Shown here piece by piece: positions 25,701 to 38,616 of a stretch of DNA of 64,000 nucleotides. Position 1 is the first letter of the stretch; every line of letters starts with the position of its first letter. Made by a program: the position numbers and the translations under genes. The notes under the pieces are model-generated. The model saw only the letters and a list, made by a program, of their open reading frames with translations. It did not search any database and was not told the DNA's origin. This DNA comes from Squalus acanthias (Eukaryota): contig JASTWF010000034.1 of assembly GCA_030390025.1 (NCBI GenBank), positions 372,001 to 436,000 on the forward strand, in the 5' to 3' direction.

Positions 25701-28645
25701 TTACATACTGATATACCACACACCCCTCACTGTAACACTCTGATACACCCCACACCCCTCATTGTAACACTCTGATAAACCCCACACCCCTCACTGTAAC
25801 ACTCTGATAAACCCCACACCCCTCACTGTAACTCTCTGATACACCCCTCAATGTAATTCTCTCTTACATACTGATATACCCCACGCACCTCACTGTAACA
25901 CTGATATACCCCACACCCCTCACTGTAACACACTGATATACCCCACACCCCTCACTGTAACACTGATATACCCCACACCCCTCACTGTAACACTGATATA
26001 CCCCACACCCCTCACTGTAACACTGATATACTCCACACCCCTCACTGTAACACTGATATACCCACACCCCTCACTGTAACTCTCTGATATACCCCACACC
26101 CCTCACTGTAACACTGATATACCCCACACCCCACACTGTTACACACCGATATACCTCACACCCCTCACTGTAACACTCTGATATACCCCACACCACTCAC
26201 TCTAACACTCTGATATACCCCACACCACTCACTGTAACAATCTGATATACTCCATACCCCTCACTGTAATACTCTCTGATATACTCCATACCCCTCGATA
26301 TAACACTCTGAAATAATCCATACCCCTCACTGTAAAAATCTCTGATATACCCGACACCCTTCACTGTAACACTCACTGATATACTCCATACCCCTCACTG
26401 TACTACTCTGATATACCCAACACCCCTCACTGTAACACTCTGATATACTCCATACCCCTCACTGTAACACTCTCTGATATACCCGACAATCTTCACTGTA
26501 ACACTCACTGATATACTCCATATCCCTCACTGTAACACTCTCTGATATACTCCATACCCCTCGCTGTAACACTCTCTGATATACTCCATACCCCTCACTG
26601 TAACACTCTCTGATATACTCCATACCCCTCACTGTAACACTCTGATAAACCCGACACCCCTCACTGTAACACTCTCTGATATACTCCATACCCCTCAGTG
26701 TAACACTCTCGTATACCCGACACCCCTCACTGTAACACTCTGATATACTCCATACCCCTCACTGTAACACTCTCTGATATACTCCATACCCCTCATTGTA
26801 ACACTCTGATATATTCCATACCCCTCACTGTAACACTCTGATATACTCCACACCCCTCACTGTAACATTCTGATATACTCCATACCCCTCACTGTAAAGC
26901 ACTCATATAAACCCACACACCTCAATGCAAAACACTCATATATACCCACACCCCTCAATGTAAAACACTCACATAAACCCACACCCCTCGCTGTAACACT
27001 CTCTGATATACTCCATACCCCTCACTGTAACACTCTCTGATATACTCCATACCCCTCACTGTAACACTGTGTTAATTAACCCAACACCGCTCATTGTATT
27101 ACTCTGATGTACCCCACACCCCTCACTGTAGATCTTTGATGTAAACGCACTGCCCTGACTACAACACTCTGATATACCCCACACACCCTCACTGTAAATA
27201 TCGATATACCCCACACCACTCACTGTAACACTCTGATATAAACCCACGCCCCTGACTATAACAGTATGATATACCACACACCCCTCAATGTAACACGCTG
27301 ATGTACCCCAAACACCTCACTACAACAGGCTGATAAACCCCACACCCCTCACTGTGAAACTCGGATATACGACACACGACTCACTGTAACTCTCTGATAT
27401 ACCCCAGACACCTCACTGTAACTCTCTGATGTACCCCACACCCCTCAATGTAACACTCGGATATACACCACACACCTCACTACAATACGCTGATAAACCC
27501 CACACCCCTCACTGTAACACGCTGATAAACCCCTCAATGTAATTGTCTCTTACATACTGATATACCCCACACCCCTGACTGTAACTCTCCGATAAACCCC
27601 ACGCCCCTCACTGTAACACTGATATACCCCACACCCCTCACTGTAACATACTGATATACCCCACACCCCTCACTAACACACTGATAAACCCCACACCCCT
27701 CACTGTAACACTCTGATACACCCCTCAATGTAATTCTCTCTTACATACTGATACACCTCCCACCACTCACTGTAACACGCTGATAACCCCCACACCATTC
27801 ATTGTAACACTCTGATACACCCCACACCCCTCATTGTAACACTCTGATAAACCCCACACCCCTCACTGTAACTCTCTGATACACCCATCAATCTAATTCT
27901 CTCTTACATACTGATATACCCCACACCCCTCACTGTAATAATCTGATAAACCCCACACCCCACACTGTTACACTCTGATATGCTGCACAACCCTCACTGT
28001 AACATACTGATATACCCCACACCCCTCACTAACACTCTGATAAACCCCACACCCCTCATTGTAACACTCTGATACACCCCTCAATGTAATTCTCTCTTAC
28101 ACACTGATATACCCCACACCACTCACTGTAACACTCTGATAAACCCCACGCCACTCATTGTAACACTCTGATACACCCCTCAATGTAATTCTCTCTTACA
28201 TACTGATATACCCCACACCCCTCACTGTAACTCTCTGATATACCCCACACACCTCAGTGTAATACGCTTATATAGCCCACCCCCCTCACTGTAACACTCT
28301 GATACACCCCTCAATGTAATTCTCTCTTACATACTGATATACCACACACCCCTCACTGTAACTCTCTGATATACCCCACACCCCTCACTGTAACACTGAT
28401 ATACCCCACACCCCACACTGTTACACTCCGATATACCTCACACCTCTCACTGTAACACTCTGATATACCCCACACCACTCACTGTAACACTCTGATATAC
28501 CCCACACCACTCACTGTAACACTGATATACCTCACACCCCACACTGTAACTCTGATAAAACCCACACACCTCATTGTAACACTCTGATACACCCCTCAAT
28601 GTAATTCTCTGTTATATACTGATACACCCCACACCACTCACTGTT
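16709..28645. repeat. 30-34-bp minisatellite (CCCCTCACTGTAACACTCTGATATACCCCACA), about 12 kb, with higher-order duplication
   Basis: Continuous periodicity. Identical pseudo-ORFs are offset by 3931 bp, and there is a homogeneous 30-bp block at about 22270-23020. Confidence 0.96.
17325..18157 (+). mobile_element. 5'-truncated CR1 LINE in the minisatellite, with an antisense CR1 tail nested at about 17735-17897
   Basis: KANGMLAFI..RPHLEYC..QRRFTRLIPG plus 3' tail. The nested piece matches the tail at 50722-50890. Confidence 0.9.
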
Positions 28646-28899
28646 GTCACTGCCACTTTAATCCCATGGGCTTCAATGTTGGTAATATGTGATCCTTTAT
28701 CAAGCACCTTTTGTAATGTTTGGGAAATTGGGAAAGTGTGAGTAGTATCAATCATACAACGATAGAATTGGAGATCCAAGTGGTGTTGACAATTTGTTTA
28801 GCGTACTTGACGCTCCGCTCTGATCACAGGCCTCATCTGGTTTAAATCAATGAATTATAAAATCATTGATTTTAATCCTATTTTATTATTTCGATGTAG

Positions 28900-29089
28900 T
28901 TGTTCTCATGCTAGGGGTGACGCTGTCAAGGTTGGTATCACTTGTCCATCCCTAGTTACCCATGAGAAAATGGTGGGCCTTCATCTTGATCCGCTGCAGT
29001 CCGTGTGGTGAAGTACTCCCACAATACTGTTACTGAAGGATTTTCAAGCTTTTGACCCAGTGACGATGAAAGAACGGCGATATATTTGA
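28900..29089 (-). mobile_element. LINE 3' tail fragment (same family as 2100-2320)
   Basis: CCGCTGCAGTCCGTGTGGTGAAGTACTCCCACA..TTTTGACCCAGTGACGATGAA is shared with 2100-2320 and 39300-39510. Confidence 0.75.
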
Positions 29090-29480
29090 AGGGTACGGTA
29101 GCATAGTGGTTATGTTGATGGACTAGTAAACCAGATGACTCGACAAATGATCCAGAGACATGTGTTCAAATCCCAAAAGCTGGGGGAATTTAAATGCCAT
29201 TAATTAAACAAATCTGGAATGAAAAGCTTGTGTAAATCTGGAATAAAACCCAATTGGTTCACTAATGGCCTTTTGGGAAGGAAATCTGCCTTCCTCACCT
29301 GTTCTGGCTGAAATGTGACTTCAGACCCACTGCAATGTGGTTGACTCTTAACTGGTCTCTGTAATGGGCCATCAAGACACTCGCTTGTCTCAGGCGGCTT
29401 ACCACCCCATTCTCAAGGGCAATTAGGGATGGGCAGTAAATGCTGGCCTTGTCAGTGGTGCCCACATCCCAACAATTAGT
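29090..29480 (+). mobile_element. tRNA-derived SINE with a LINE-derived 3' tail
   Basis: A-box-like GGTAGCATAGTGG at about 29097, B-box-like GTTCAAATCCC at about 29164, tail CTCAAGGGCAATTAGGGATGGGCAGTAAATGCTGGCC shared with the LINE tails. Confidence 0.8.
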
Positions 29481-29756
29481 TATTCAAATGATTTATTAAA
29501 CGCATCATAATGGTCATAATGATTTATAAAGGGTTATAAAAGATCTGCAAAGTGGTGTAATGATTTTAAAGGTTTATAATGACTAAAAAAGTCCTGGTGC
29601 CAGGCCATCTCATCCCAGGGCTGGTGTGCTCGGTGTCCTGTGGGCCGTGCCGGGCCAGGCTGCTCCGCCTCGCCGCCTGCTCTCACAGTAATCGGGATTC
29701 CAACTGCTCCCGCCATCCGGACACTCACCTCCCGCCACCAGGTAAAGACCCCGAGT

Positions 29757-32700
29757 GCCGGCCGCAATCTTTGTACGGGGCCCCAGATCCGCCATCTTTG
29801 TGCGGGGCCCAAGAGCCGCCATCTTTCAGTCGGGCGCAGGAGTCACCATTTTTGTGCTGGGCCCTAGAGCCGCCATCTTTGTGCTGGGCGCGGGGATGGG
29901 GGAGAGCCGCCATCATTGCGCAGGGCATCAGTGCCGCCATCTTTCTGCTGTGTCCCAGAGCCGTCATCTTTCTGCTGTGTCCCAGAGCCGCCATCTTTGT
30001 GCCTGGACACAGCGCAGCCATCTTTGTGCTGGGTTCCAGTGCCGCCATCTTTTTGCAGTGCCCCAGAGGCGCCATCTTTGTGCGGAGCCCATGAGCCGCC
30101 ATTTTTGGGCGGGAACCAGAGCCGCCATCTTTATGCGGAGCGCCGGAGCCGCCATCATTGTGCTTGCTCCCCAGAGCCGCCATTTTTGTGCGGAGACCAT
30201 GAGCCGCTATTTTTGGGCGCGAACCAGAGCCGCCATCTTTATGCGGAGCCCCGGAGCCCCCATCATTGTGCTTGCTCCCCAGAGCCGCCATCTTTGTGCT
30301 GGGCCCCAGAGAGCTGCCTTCTTTGTGCTGTGCCCCAGAGCCGCCATCATTGTGCTGTACCCCAGAGCCGCCATCTTTGTGCGGGGAACTAGAGCTGCCA
30401 TCTTTGTGCGGTGCCCCAGAGCCGCCATTTTTGTGCGGGAACCAGAGCCGCCATCTTTGTGCGGGGCCCCAGATCCGCCATCTTTTTGCGGGGAACCAGA
30501 GCCGCCATCTTTGTGCGGTGCCCCAGAGCCGCCATTTTTGTGCGGGAACCAGAGCCACCATCTTTGTGTGGGTCCCCAGAGCCGCCATCTATGTGTGGGA
30601 CCCAGAGCCGCCATGTTTATGCGGGGCCCCGGAGCCGCCATATTTGTGCGGGGCCCCAGAGCCGCCATCTTTGTGCTGAGTCCCAGAGCCGCCATCTTTG
30701 TGCGTGTCCCCAGAGCCGCCATCTATGTGTGGGACCCAGAGCCGCCATCTTTGTGCGGGTCCCCAGAGCCGCCATCTATGTGTGGGACCCAGAGCCGCCA
30801 TGTTTATGCGGGGCCCCGGAGCCCCCATATTGGTGCGGGGGCCCCAGAGCAGCCATCTGTGTGCTGAGTCCCAGAGCCGCCATCTTTGTGCGGATCCCCA
30901 GAGCCGCCATCTTTATGCGGGGCCCCGGAGCCGCCATCTTTGTGCGGGGCCCCGGAGCCGCCATCTTTATGCGGGGCCCCGGAGCCGCCATCTTTATGCG
31001 GGGACCCGGAGCCGCCATCTTTATGCGGGGCCCCAGAGCCGCCATCTTTGTGCGGGGCCCCAGAGCCGCCATCTTTGTGCGGGTCCCCAGAGCAGCCATC
31101 TTTGTGCTGAGCCCCAGAGCCGCCATCTTTGTGCGGGGCCCCAGAGCCGCCATCTTTGTGCTGAGCCCCAGAGCCGCCATCTTTGTGCGGGGCCCCAGAG
31201 CCGCCAACTTTGTGCGGGGCCACAGAGCCGACGTCTTTATGCGCGGCCCCAGAGCCACCATTTTTGTGCGGGGCCCCAGAGCCGCAATCCTTTTGCGGGG
31301 CCCCAGAGCCGCCATCTCTGTGCAGGGCCCCAGAGCCGCCATCTTTGTGCGGGGCCCCAGAGCCGCCGTATTTATGCGGGTCCCCAGAGCCGCCGTCTTT
31401 GTGCGGGTCCCCAGAGCCGCCATCTTTATGCGGAGCCCCGGACCCGCCATCTTTATGCGGGGCCCCGGAGCCGCCATTTTTATGCGGGGCCCCGGAGACG
31501 CCATCGTTGTGCGAGGCCCCAGAGCCGCCATCTTTGTGCGGGGCCCCAGAGCCGCCGTCTCTGTGCGGGGCCCCAGAGCCGCCATCTTTATGCGGGGCCC
31601 CAGAGCCGCCATCTCTGTGCGGGGGCCCCAGAGCCGCCGTATTTATGAGGGGCCCCAGGGCCGCAATCCTTGTGCTGGGCCCCAGAGCCGCCATCTTTAT
31701 GCGGGGCGCCAGTGCCGCCGTCTTTATGCGGGACCCCAGAGCCGCCGGCTTTGTGCTGGGCTCCAGAGCCGCCATCTTTGTGCGGGGCCCCAGAGCCGCC
31801 ATCTTTGGGCGGGGCCCCAGAGCCGCCATCTTTGTGCGGGGCCCCGAAGCCGCCATCATTGTGCGGCACCCCAGAGCCGCCATCTTTATGCGGGGCCCCA
31901 GAGCTGCCGTCTTTGTGCGGAGCCCCGAAGCCGCCATCATTGTGCGGCACCCCAGAGCCGCCATCTTTATGCGGGGCCCCAGAGCTGCCGTCTTTGTGCT
32001 GGGCCCCAGAGCCGCTGTCTTTGTGCGGAGCCCCAGACCCACCGGCTTTGTGCTGAGCCCCAGAGACGCCGTCTTTGTGCTGAGCCACAGACCCGCCGTC
32101 TTTGTGCTGAGCCCCAGAGACGCCGTCTTTGTGCTGAGCCACAGAGCCGCTGTCTTTGTGCTGAGCCCCAGACCCGCTGTCTTTGTGCGGAGCCCCGGAG
32201 CCTCCATCTTTGTGCTTGGCCCCAGAGCCGCCATCTTTGTGCGGGTCCCCAGAGCCGCCATTAATGTGTGGGACCCAGAGCCGCCATTTTTGTGCAGGTC
32301 CCCAGAGCCGCCATCTATCTGTGGGACCCAGAGCCGCCATGTTTATGCGGAGCCCCGGACCCGCCATCTTTATGCGGGGCCCCGGAGCCGCCATTTTTAT
32401 GCGGGGCCCCGGAGACGCCATCGTTGTGCGAGGCCCCAGAGCCGCCATCTTTGTGCGGGGCCCCAGAGCCGCCGTCTCTGTGCGGGGCCCCAGAGCCGCC
32501 GTCTTTATGCGGCGCCCCAGAGCTGCCATCTATGTGCTGGGCCCCAGAGCCGCCATCTTTATGCGGGGCCCCAGAGCCGCCGTATTTATGAGGGGCCCCA
32601 GGGCCGCAATCCTTGTGCTGGGCCCCAGAGCCGCCATCTTTATGCGGGGCGCCAGTACCGCCGTCTTTATGCGGGACCCCAGAGCCGCCGGCTTTGTGCT

Positions 32701-34945
32701 GGGCTCCAGAGCCGCCATCTTTGTGCGGGGCCCCAGAGCCGCCATCTTTGTGCGGGGCCCCAGAGCCGCCATCTTTGTGCGGGGCCCCGAAGCCGCCATC
32801 ATTGTGCGGCACCCCAGAGCCGCCATCTTTATGCGGGGCCCCCGAGCTGCCGTCTTTGTGCGGTCCCCGGAGCCTCCATCTTTGTGCGGGGCCCCGAAGC
32901 CGCCATCATTGTGCGGCACCCCAGAGCCGCCATCTTTATGCGGGGCCCCAGAGCTGCCGTCTTTGTGCTGGGCCCCAGACCCGCGGTCTTTGTGCTGAGA
33001 CCCAGAGACGCCGTCTTTGTGCTGAGCCACAGACCCGCCGTCTTTGTGCTGAGCCCCAGAGCCGCTGTCTTTGTGCTGAGCCCCAGACCCGCTGTCTTTG
33101 TGCGGAGCCCCGGAGCCTCCATCTTTGTGCGGGGCCCCGGAGCCGCCGTCTTTGTGCGGCTCCCCAGAGCCGCCGTCTTTGTGCGGGTCCACAGTGCCGC
33201 CATCTTTGTGCTGGGCCCCAGAGCCGCCGGCTTTGTGCTGGGCTCCAGAGCCGCCATCTTTGTGCTGGGCCCCAGAGCCGCCGTCCTTGTGCTGAGCCCC
33301 AGAGCCGCCATCTTTGTGCTGGGCCCCAGAGCCGCTGTCTTTGTGCGGAGCCCCAGACCCACCGGCTTTGTGCTGAGCCCCAGAGACGCCGTCTTTGTGC
33401 TGAGCCACAGACCCGCCGTCTTTGTGCTGAGCCCCAGAGCCGCTGTCTTTGTGCTGAGCCCCAGACCCGCTGTCTTTGTGCTGAGCCCCAGAGCCGCCAT
33501 CTTTGTGCTGAGCCCCAGAGCCGCCATTTTTGTGCGGGGCCCCAGAGCCGCCATCTTTGTGCTGAGCCTCAGAGCCGCCATGTTTGTGCTGGGCCCCAGA
33601 GCCGCCATCTTTGTGCGGGGGCCCAGAGCCGCCGTCATTATGCGCGGCCCCAGAGCCGCCATCTTTGTGCGGAGCCCCAGAGCCGCAATCCTTGTGCGGG
33701 GCCCCAGAGCCGCCATCTCTGTGCGGGGCCCCAGAGCCGCCATCTCTGTGCGGGGCCCCAGAGCCGCCTTCATTGTGCGGGGCCCCAGAGCCGCCGTCTT
33801 TATGCGGGGCCCCAGAGCCGCCGTCTTTGTGCGGGTCCCCAGAGCCTCCATCTTTATGCGGAGCCCCGGATCCGCCATCTTTATGCGGGGCCCCGGAGCC
33901 GCCATTTTATGCGGGGCCCCGGAGCCGCCATTTTATGCGGGGCCCCGGAGCCGCCATCTTTGTGCGGGGACCCAGAGCCGCCATCTGTATGCGGGGCCGC
34001 AGAGCCGCAATCTCTGTGCGGGGCCCCAGAGCCACCGTCTTTATGAGGGGCCCATGAGCCGCCATCTTTGTGCCGGGCCCCAGAGCATCAATCCTTGTGC
34101 GGGGCGCCAGAGCCGCCGTCTTTGAGCGGGGCCCCAGAGCCGCCATCTTTATGCGGGGCCCCAGAGCCGCCATCTAAGTGCTGAGCCCCAGAGCCGCCGT
34201 CTTTGTGCGGGGCCCCAGAGCCGCCAACTTTGTGCGGGGCCCCAGAGCCGCCATCTTTGTGCGGGTCCCCAGAGCCGCCATCTTTATGCGGGGCCCCAGA
34301 GCCGCCGTCTTTGTGCGGGGCCCCAGAGCCGTCTTCTTTGTGCTGGGCCCCGGAGCCGCCGTCTTTGTGCTGGGCCCCGGAGCCGCCATCTTTGTGCGGG
34401 TCCCCGGAGTCGCCATCTTTGTGCGGGGCCCCAGAGCCGCCGTCTTTGTGCGAGGCCCCACAGCCGCCGTCTTTGTGCGGGGCCCCAGAGCCGCCGTCCT
34501 TGTGCTGGGGCCCAGAGCCGACATCTTTGTGCTGGGCCCCAGAGCCGCCATCTTTGTGCTGAGCCCCAGACCCGCCGTATTTGTGCTGAGCCCCAGAGCC
34601 GCTGCCTTTGTGCTGTGCCCCAGACCCGCTGTCTTTGTGCTGAGCCCCAGACCCGCTGTCTTTGTGCTGAGCCCCAGACCCGCTGTCTTTGTGCTGAGCC
34701 CCAGACCCGCTGTCTTTGTGCTGAGCCCCAGACCCGCTGTCTTTGTGCTGAGCCCCAGACCCGCCGTCTTTGTGCTGAGCCCCAGAGCCGCCATCTTTGT
34801 GCTGGGCCCCAGAGCCGCAATCTTTCTGCTGAGCCCCAGACCCGCTGTCTTTGTGCTGGTCCCTAGAGCCGCCGTCTTTGTGCTGAGCCACAGAGCCGCT
34901 GTCATTGTGCTGGGCCCCAGAGCCGCCGTCTTTGTGCGGGGGGCC
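29757..34945. repeat. 27-bp GC/CpG-rich minisatellite (CCCAGAGCCGCCATCTTTGTGCGGGGC), about 190 units; core matches the YY1 consensus
   Basis: Visible periodicity. GCCGCCATCTT is the reverse complement of AAGATGGCGGC. Confidence 0.95.
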
Positions 34946-35001
34946 ACATTATCAGGCCCAGGGAACTGTCAACTCTTGGACTGCAAAGTCTCCGCTTCTT
35001 C

Positions 35002-35903
35002 TCATCCTTTAATGAATTTTACAATCAGAGTAAAGGGATATTTCCCCACATTCTTCAACTGCTCTCTGAACTTAGTCTGGGTCATGGAGTAAATCCCAGT
35101 GTTTGTGCAGCAACTCAGCATCTGCAGCATGAATCCCAGTTCCATGACATAAGCAGGTAGAATTACAGACTGATACCCCAACCACGTCATCCGGTTCCAT
35201 ATAAAATACACCATAAACATTGCCCATAACAGGATGAAATTGCCGGAGATAACAAGCAGTAAAATGATGGATTTCCTGCGACTCTCCATCTCTGGGTCTC
35301 TGGGACTCTCCCCACTGCTGGGACCCCGGAGTCTCCTGCGGGCTCTGCTGGACACTAAAATGTGTCTGACGGTGATAGCATTGAGCAGCAGAATCACCAC
35401 AAATGGGGCCCCCGGTGTGAGAATATAATGAAGGAACTCGATTGGTCCCCAGACCCGTGAATACTGAAGATCCATTCTGATATCACAAAACCAGGGGATG
35501 TTCCGAAGCCAATAGCGACCTGTGAACATAAAATACCAGGTGATGTTCTTTAAACCGCTCAGCACAGTCACTGTTCCCAGAACCACAGCCGCCGTTTTCT
35601 CGGTGCAATATTTAGTTTTCAGCTTCTGGCAACAAATGGCCACAAATCGATCAAAGGTGAAAGTGATGGTGAACCAGACAGAACAGTCTGTGGCTGCGCA
35701 CAGCAGGACGGCGTGGATATTACACACGGGGATGGAATACACGAAATAAAACTGTTCCACATAAACAATGGGAATGTGCCTCAATATCAGGTCGAGGATA
35801 ACGACCAGTAGATCGGCCGCTGCCATGGCCACCAGGTAGCGAGTGACACATTTGGAGAGACCACACTTTCCCCGAGACAGGATCACAATCGTCACTAAGT
35901 TCA
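35002..35903 (-). CDS. GPR139-like: Class A GPCR, GPR139/GPR142-like, coding exon 2 (end of TM1 to stop)
   Basis: Open 300-codon frame with hydrophobic helices: TM2 YLVAMAAADLL, TM3 SVWFTITFTFDRFVAIC (DRY variant), TM7 LSCCTNTGIY. Polypyrimidine acceptor TTTCCCTTCCTCACAG| ends at 35904, so the ORF-track GTG start is the acceptor G plus TG. Confidence 0.93.
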
Positions 35904-37214
35904 CTGTGAGGAAGGGAAATAAACAGGGAAATTATACATCAGGCTGGGAGCAAGAGCAGCAGTTTGATGGAATTCGGGGTGAAATCTGCAACTCATTACC
36001 GACATTGAATGATATTATCTAATCCTATTACCTGTGGAGCTGAATACAGGGCTTAGTGTAAGAATAATCGGGAATACATTGTGGAATCAATAACTTAAAT
36101 GGGAATAAATACAATATGAAAGTAACAGATGTTTGATCAAGGAGAGATTAAATGATCGATCTAAATTTAGCCCAGCAGACAAAAGCACCGCCCGAGGTAC
36201 CAGGGACACAAAGGACCAGACCCTCTCAGGAAGCCTTCGTGTCCCGGGATCAGTCAGCATTTGGAGCGGTGCAGTTCACTTCTGTGCCCCTGTGTTCGGG
36301 AGGGTGAAATCCCGCTTGGATTCCTGCTCTTGGTTAGAATATCCATTCTATTTAGAACTGAAAATGAATGCAACAGCAAAATACAGAAACTGCAACCTTG
36401 GCATGCAATAATTACAGGCAATTGTATGTGAAATGTACGGATGTAATACGACAATGCTAAGATAATAAATACAAGTGCACTGCAGTTATAAAGATAACTG
36501 GCTATCAGATATGTTTTGAAGATTGAGTTTTCTGCATTTTTGTTGAAATATACCAATTCTAGCTCATTGAAAGGAAGATTTGCCAAGAAACATTGCAAAT
36601 AATGGACTCTGAATTAAAGTAAATAGTGATGATTGACCAGGTAATGTCCCACTAAATGCATTTATCAGTATCGAAATCAGACGACTTAACCCACAGGCAA
36701 AGTGCCGCCGAATGCTGTTGTGAAGTATCTGAACACAAATGGAAGAGATTTATCCTTGTACTTTTTCACCTGTTGTTTCCAACTTGTGCAGAGAATATTA
36801 GACGAGAAGATATCAAAGGATTTTCTTATCCTCAGTACTTCAGTTACAATCAGCTGGGATTGTTTATCCTGAAGTACAGCAGGAGGCAATAGAGAATCAC
36901 ACTGGGTCTCACTGACAGATCCACTGTACTGTGACAGACGGGCATGGGATCCAATTGTAAATTCAAAACAATGATCAGGAAGAAATGTATTGAAATCTGG
37001 CTGAATTAACGTTTTGTGAGAATGTAAATTATCCTTGTAATCCTACTTTAACCATCAGAAGCAGTGCCAATAATGCAGAACTGGAGAGGGTGGGAAAGGA
37101 GACACTGACTGGAACTGAATGATTGCGGATATTTCAGACATTTAAAGATGTGGATGTGATCTGCCATGATTTGTTTCTGTGACTCTGTGAGTAACCAGAC
37201 CGAGCATTAGGTGA

Positions 37215-37348
37215 AATCAAAAGCAAAATACTGCGGATACTGGAAATCTGAAATGAAAACAGAAAATGATGGAAATACTCAGCGGGTCAGGCAGCATCTG
37301 TGGAGAGAGAGAGAAACAGAGTTAACGTTTCAGGTCGATGGCCTTTCG
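37215..37348 (+). mobile_element. Interspersed repeat end (AAAAGCAAAATACTGCGGAT..), possibly Penelope-like
   Basis: An inverted homologue lies at about 41480-41592. The family assignment is from memory only. Confidence 0.55.
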
Positions 37349-38169
37349 CCATTAGGTGAAAAGTCTCCTAAACCAAGACGGCATTCTTCTGACCTGATAC
37401 AAATGTTTAGTGTCGGTAGCAGATTGAAATTCGTTAAATAAAGAGTCACCTCCAATAAATTTACTTGAGTTGAACATTTGAATCTTGGGAACACGAAATC
37501 ACCTTCAGAATCAATAGCTGACAGCAGCGCGGATGGGATGGGGAACGACAGAGAGAGAAACACAGATAATCATGGGGGGAAAATTGGTTGGTTTGCGCCT
37601 CCCCTGAGCACCTTCGGGGGGGGAGGAGGGGTAACGGGGCATTAGGCGCTTAGCGCCCGAGCGCGGCTATTTTGGCGCCGCTCACAAAATTAACCAGTCA
37701 TTTTGCACTGCCACTAAACACTGCCACCACGATCTCCTGCGCCTGCAGATCGTGACATCAGTCGAGCGTGCAATGCCCTGGTAGCGCCCCGGACTGAAAA
37801 TTGAGTCGCGTGCCCTGCCTCAGCCCCTGCCGCGAGGAACGACACGTAGATGGGGAATGTTTTCAAGTCGGGAAGGGGCTGGGGGAGCGCTATTTAAAGG
37901 CGGTTGCCTCCTGCCGTTTCTTGTCGGCGAAATTTTTGTTAGATGCTGTTTGAGAGACGTCTGGAGAGATTCTACGCACACCGAAGGAGTTTTGGGTCCT
38001 GAGCACCAATTTGGAGGTTTATTTTTATTTCACCTTCCTTCTAACGATATTAAGATGCTTCGATCGGGGCTGCACTAACTTGGGGGGTCGACGTCCAGCT
38101 TCACCTTCGGAGGCAGCAGAGGCGCAGAGAGAGAGAGAGTGGCAAACGTAACCAGAGGGTGTGTGACCA

Positions 38170-38616
38170 CAGACAGCTCATACTCGCCGTTAATGCCCGC
38201 TATCCTGGCAGCAGCACAATGCTTTTATTCTGCGCCAGACCGGTGTTGCACACATCTTCCAACCACCGTGTAAACCTAGTGGATGGCTCCTCGGGGACAA
38301 GGGTTATCCACTCTGCACCTGGCTGATGACACCGATCCATAACCCCAACACCCCTGTCGAACTGCACTACAATGAGAGCTATAGCGCCACCAGGAACATG
38401 ATAGAGCAGGCGTTCGGCGTCTTGAAACAACGGTTCCGCTTTCTAGATCACTCAGGAGGAGCCCTGCAATACTCTCCCGAGCGAGTCTCCCTCTTGATTG
38501 TTGTGTGCTGTATGCTTTATAACATTGCTATCATGAGGACCCAGCCATTGCCACCAGGGATTGGTCCACCCCCTGAGGGGGAGGAGGAAGAGGGAGAGGA
38601 GGACGAAAAGGAGTAG
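38170..38616 (+). pseudogene. Harbinger (HARBI1-like) DDE transposase, C-terminal fragment
   Basis: VNARYPGS, GWLLGDKGYPL, WLMTP, YNESYSATRNMIEQAFGVLKQRFRFLD, VVCCMLYNIA and an acidic tail. Frameshifted, with the N-terminal half deleted. Confidence 0.88.

Noticed and set aside
18197..27728. Cys/Tyr-rich (keratin-associated-like) small ORFs
   Set aside because: These are translations of the 30-34-bp minisatellite.
29579..35092. Long ORFs (up to 980 aa) in all six frames
   Set aside because: They arise from a stop-poor 27-bp unit divisible by three; frames switch at indels and no frame is preferred.
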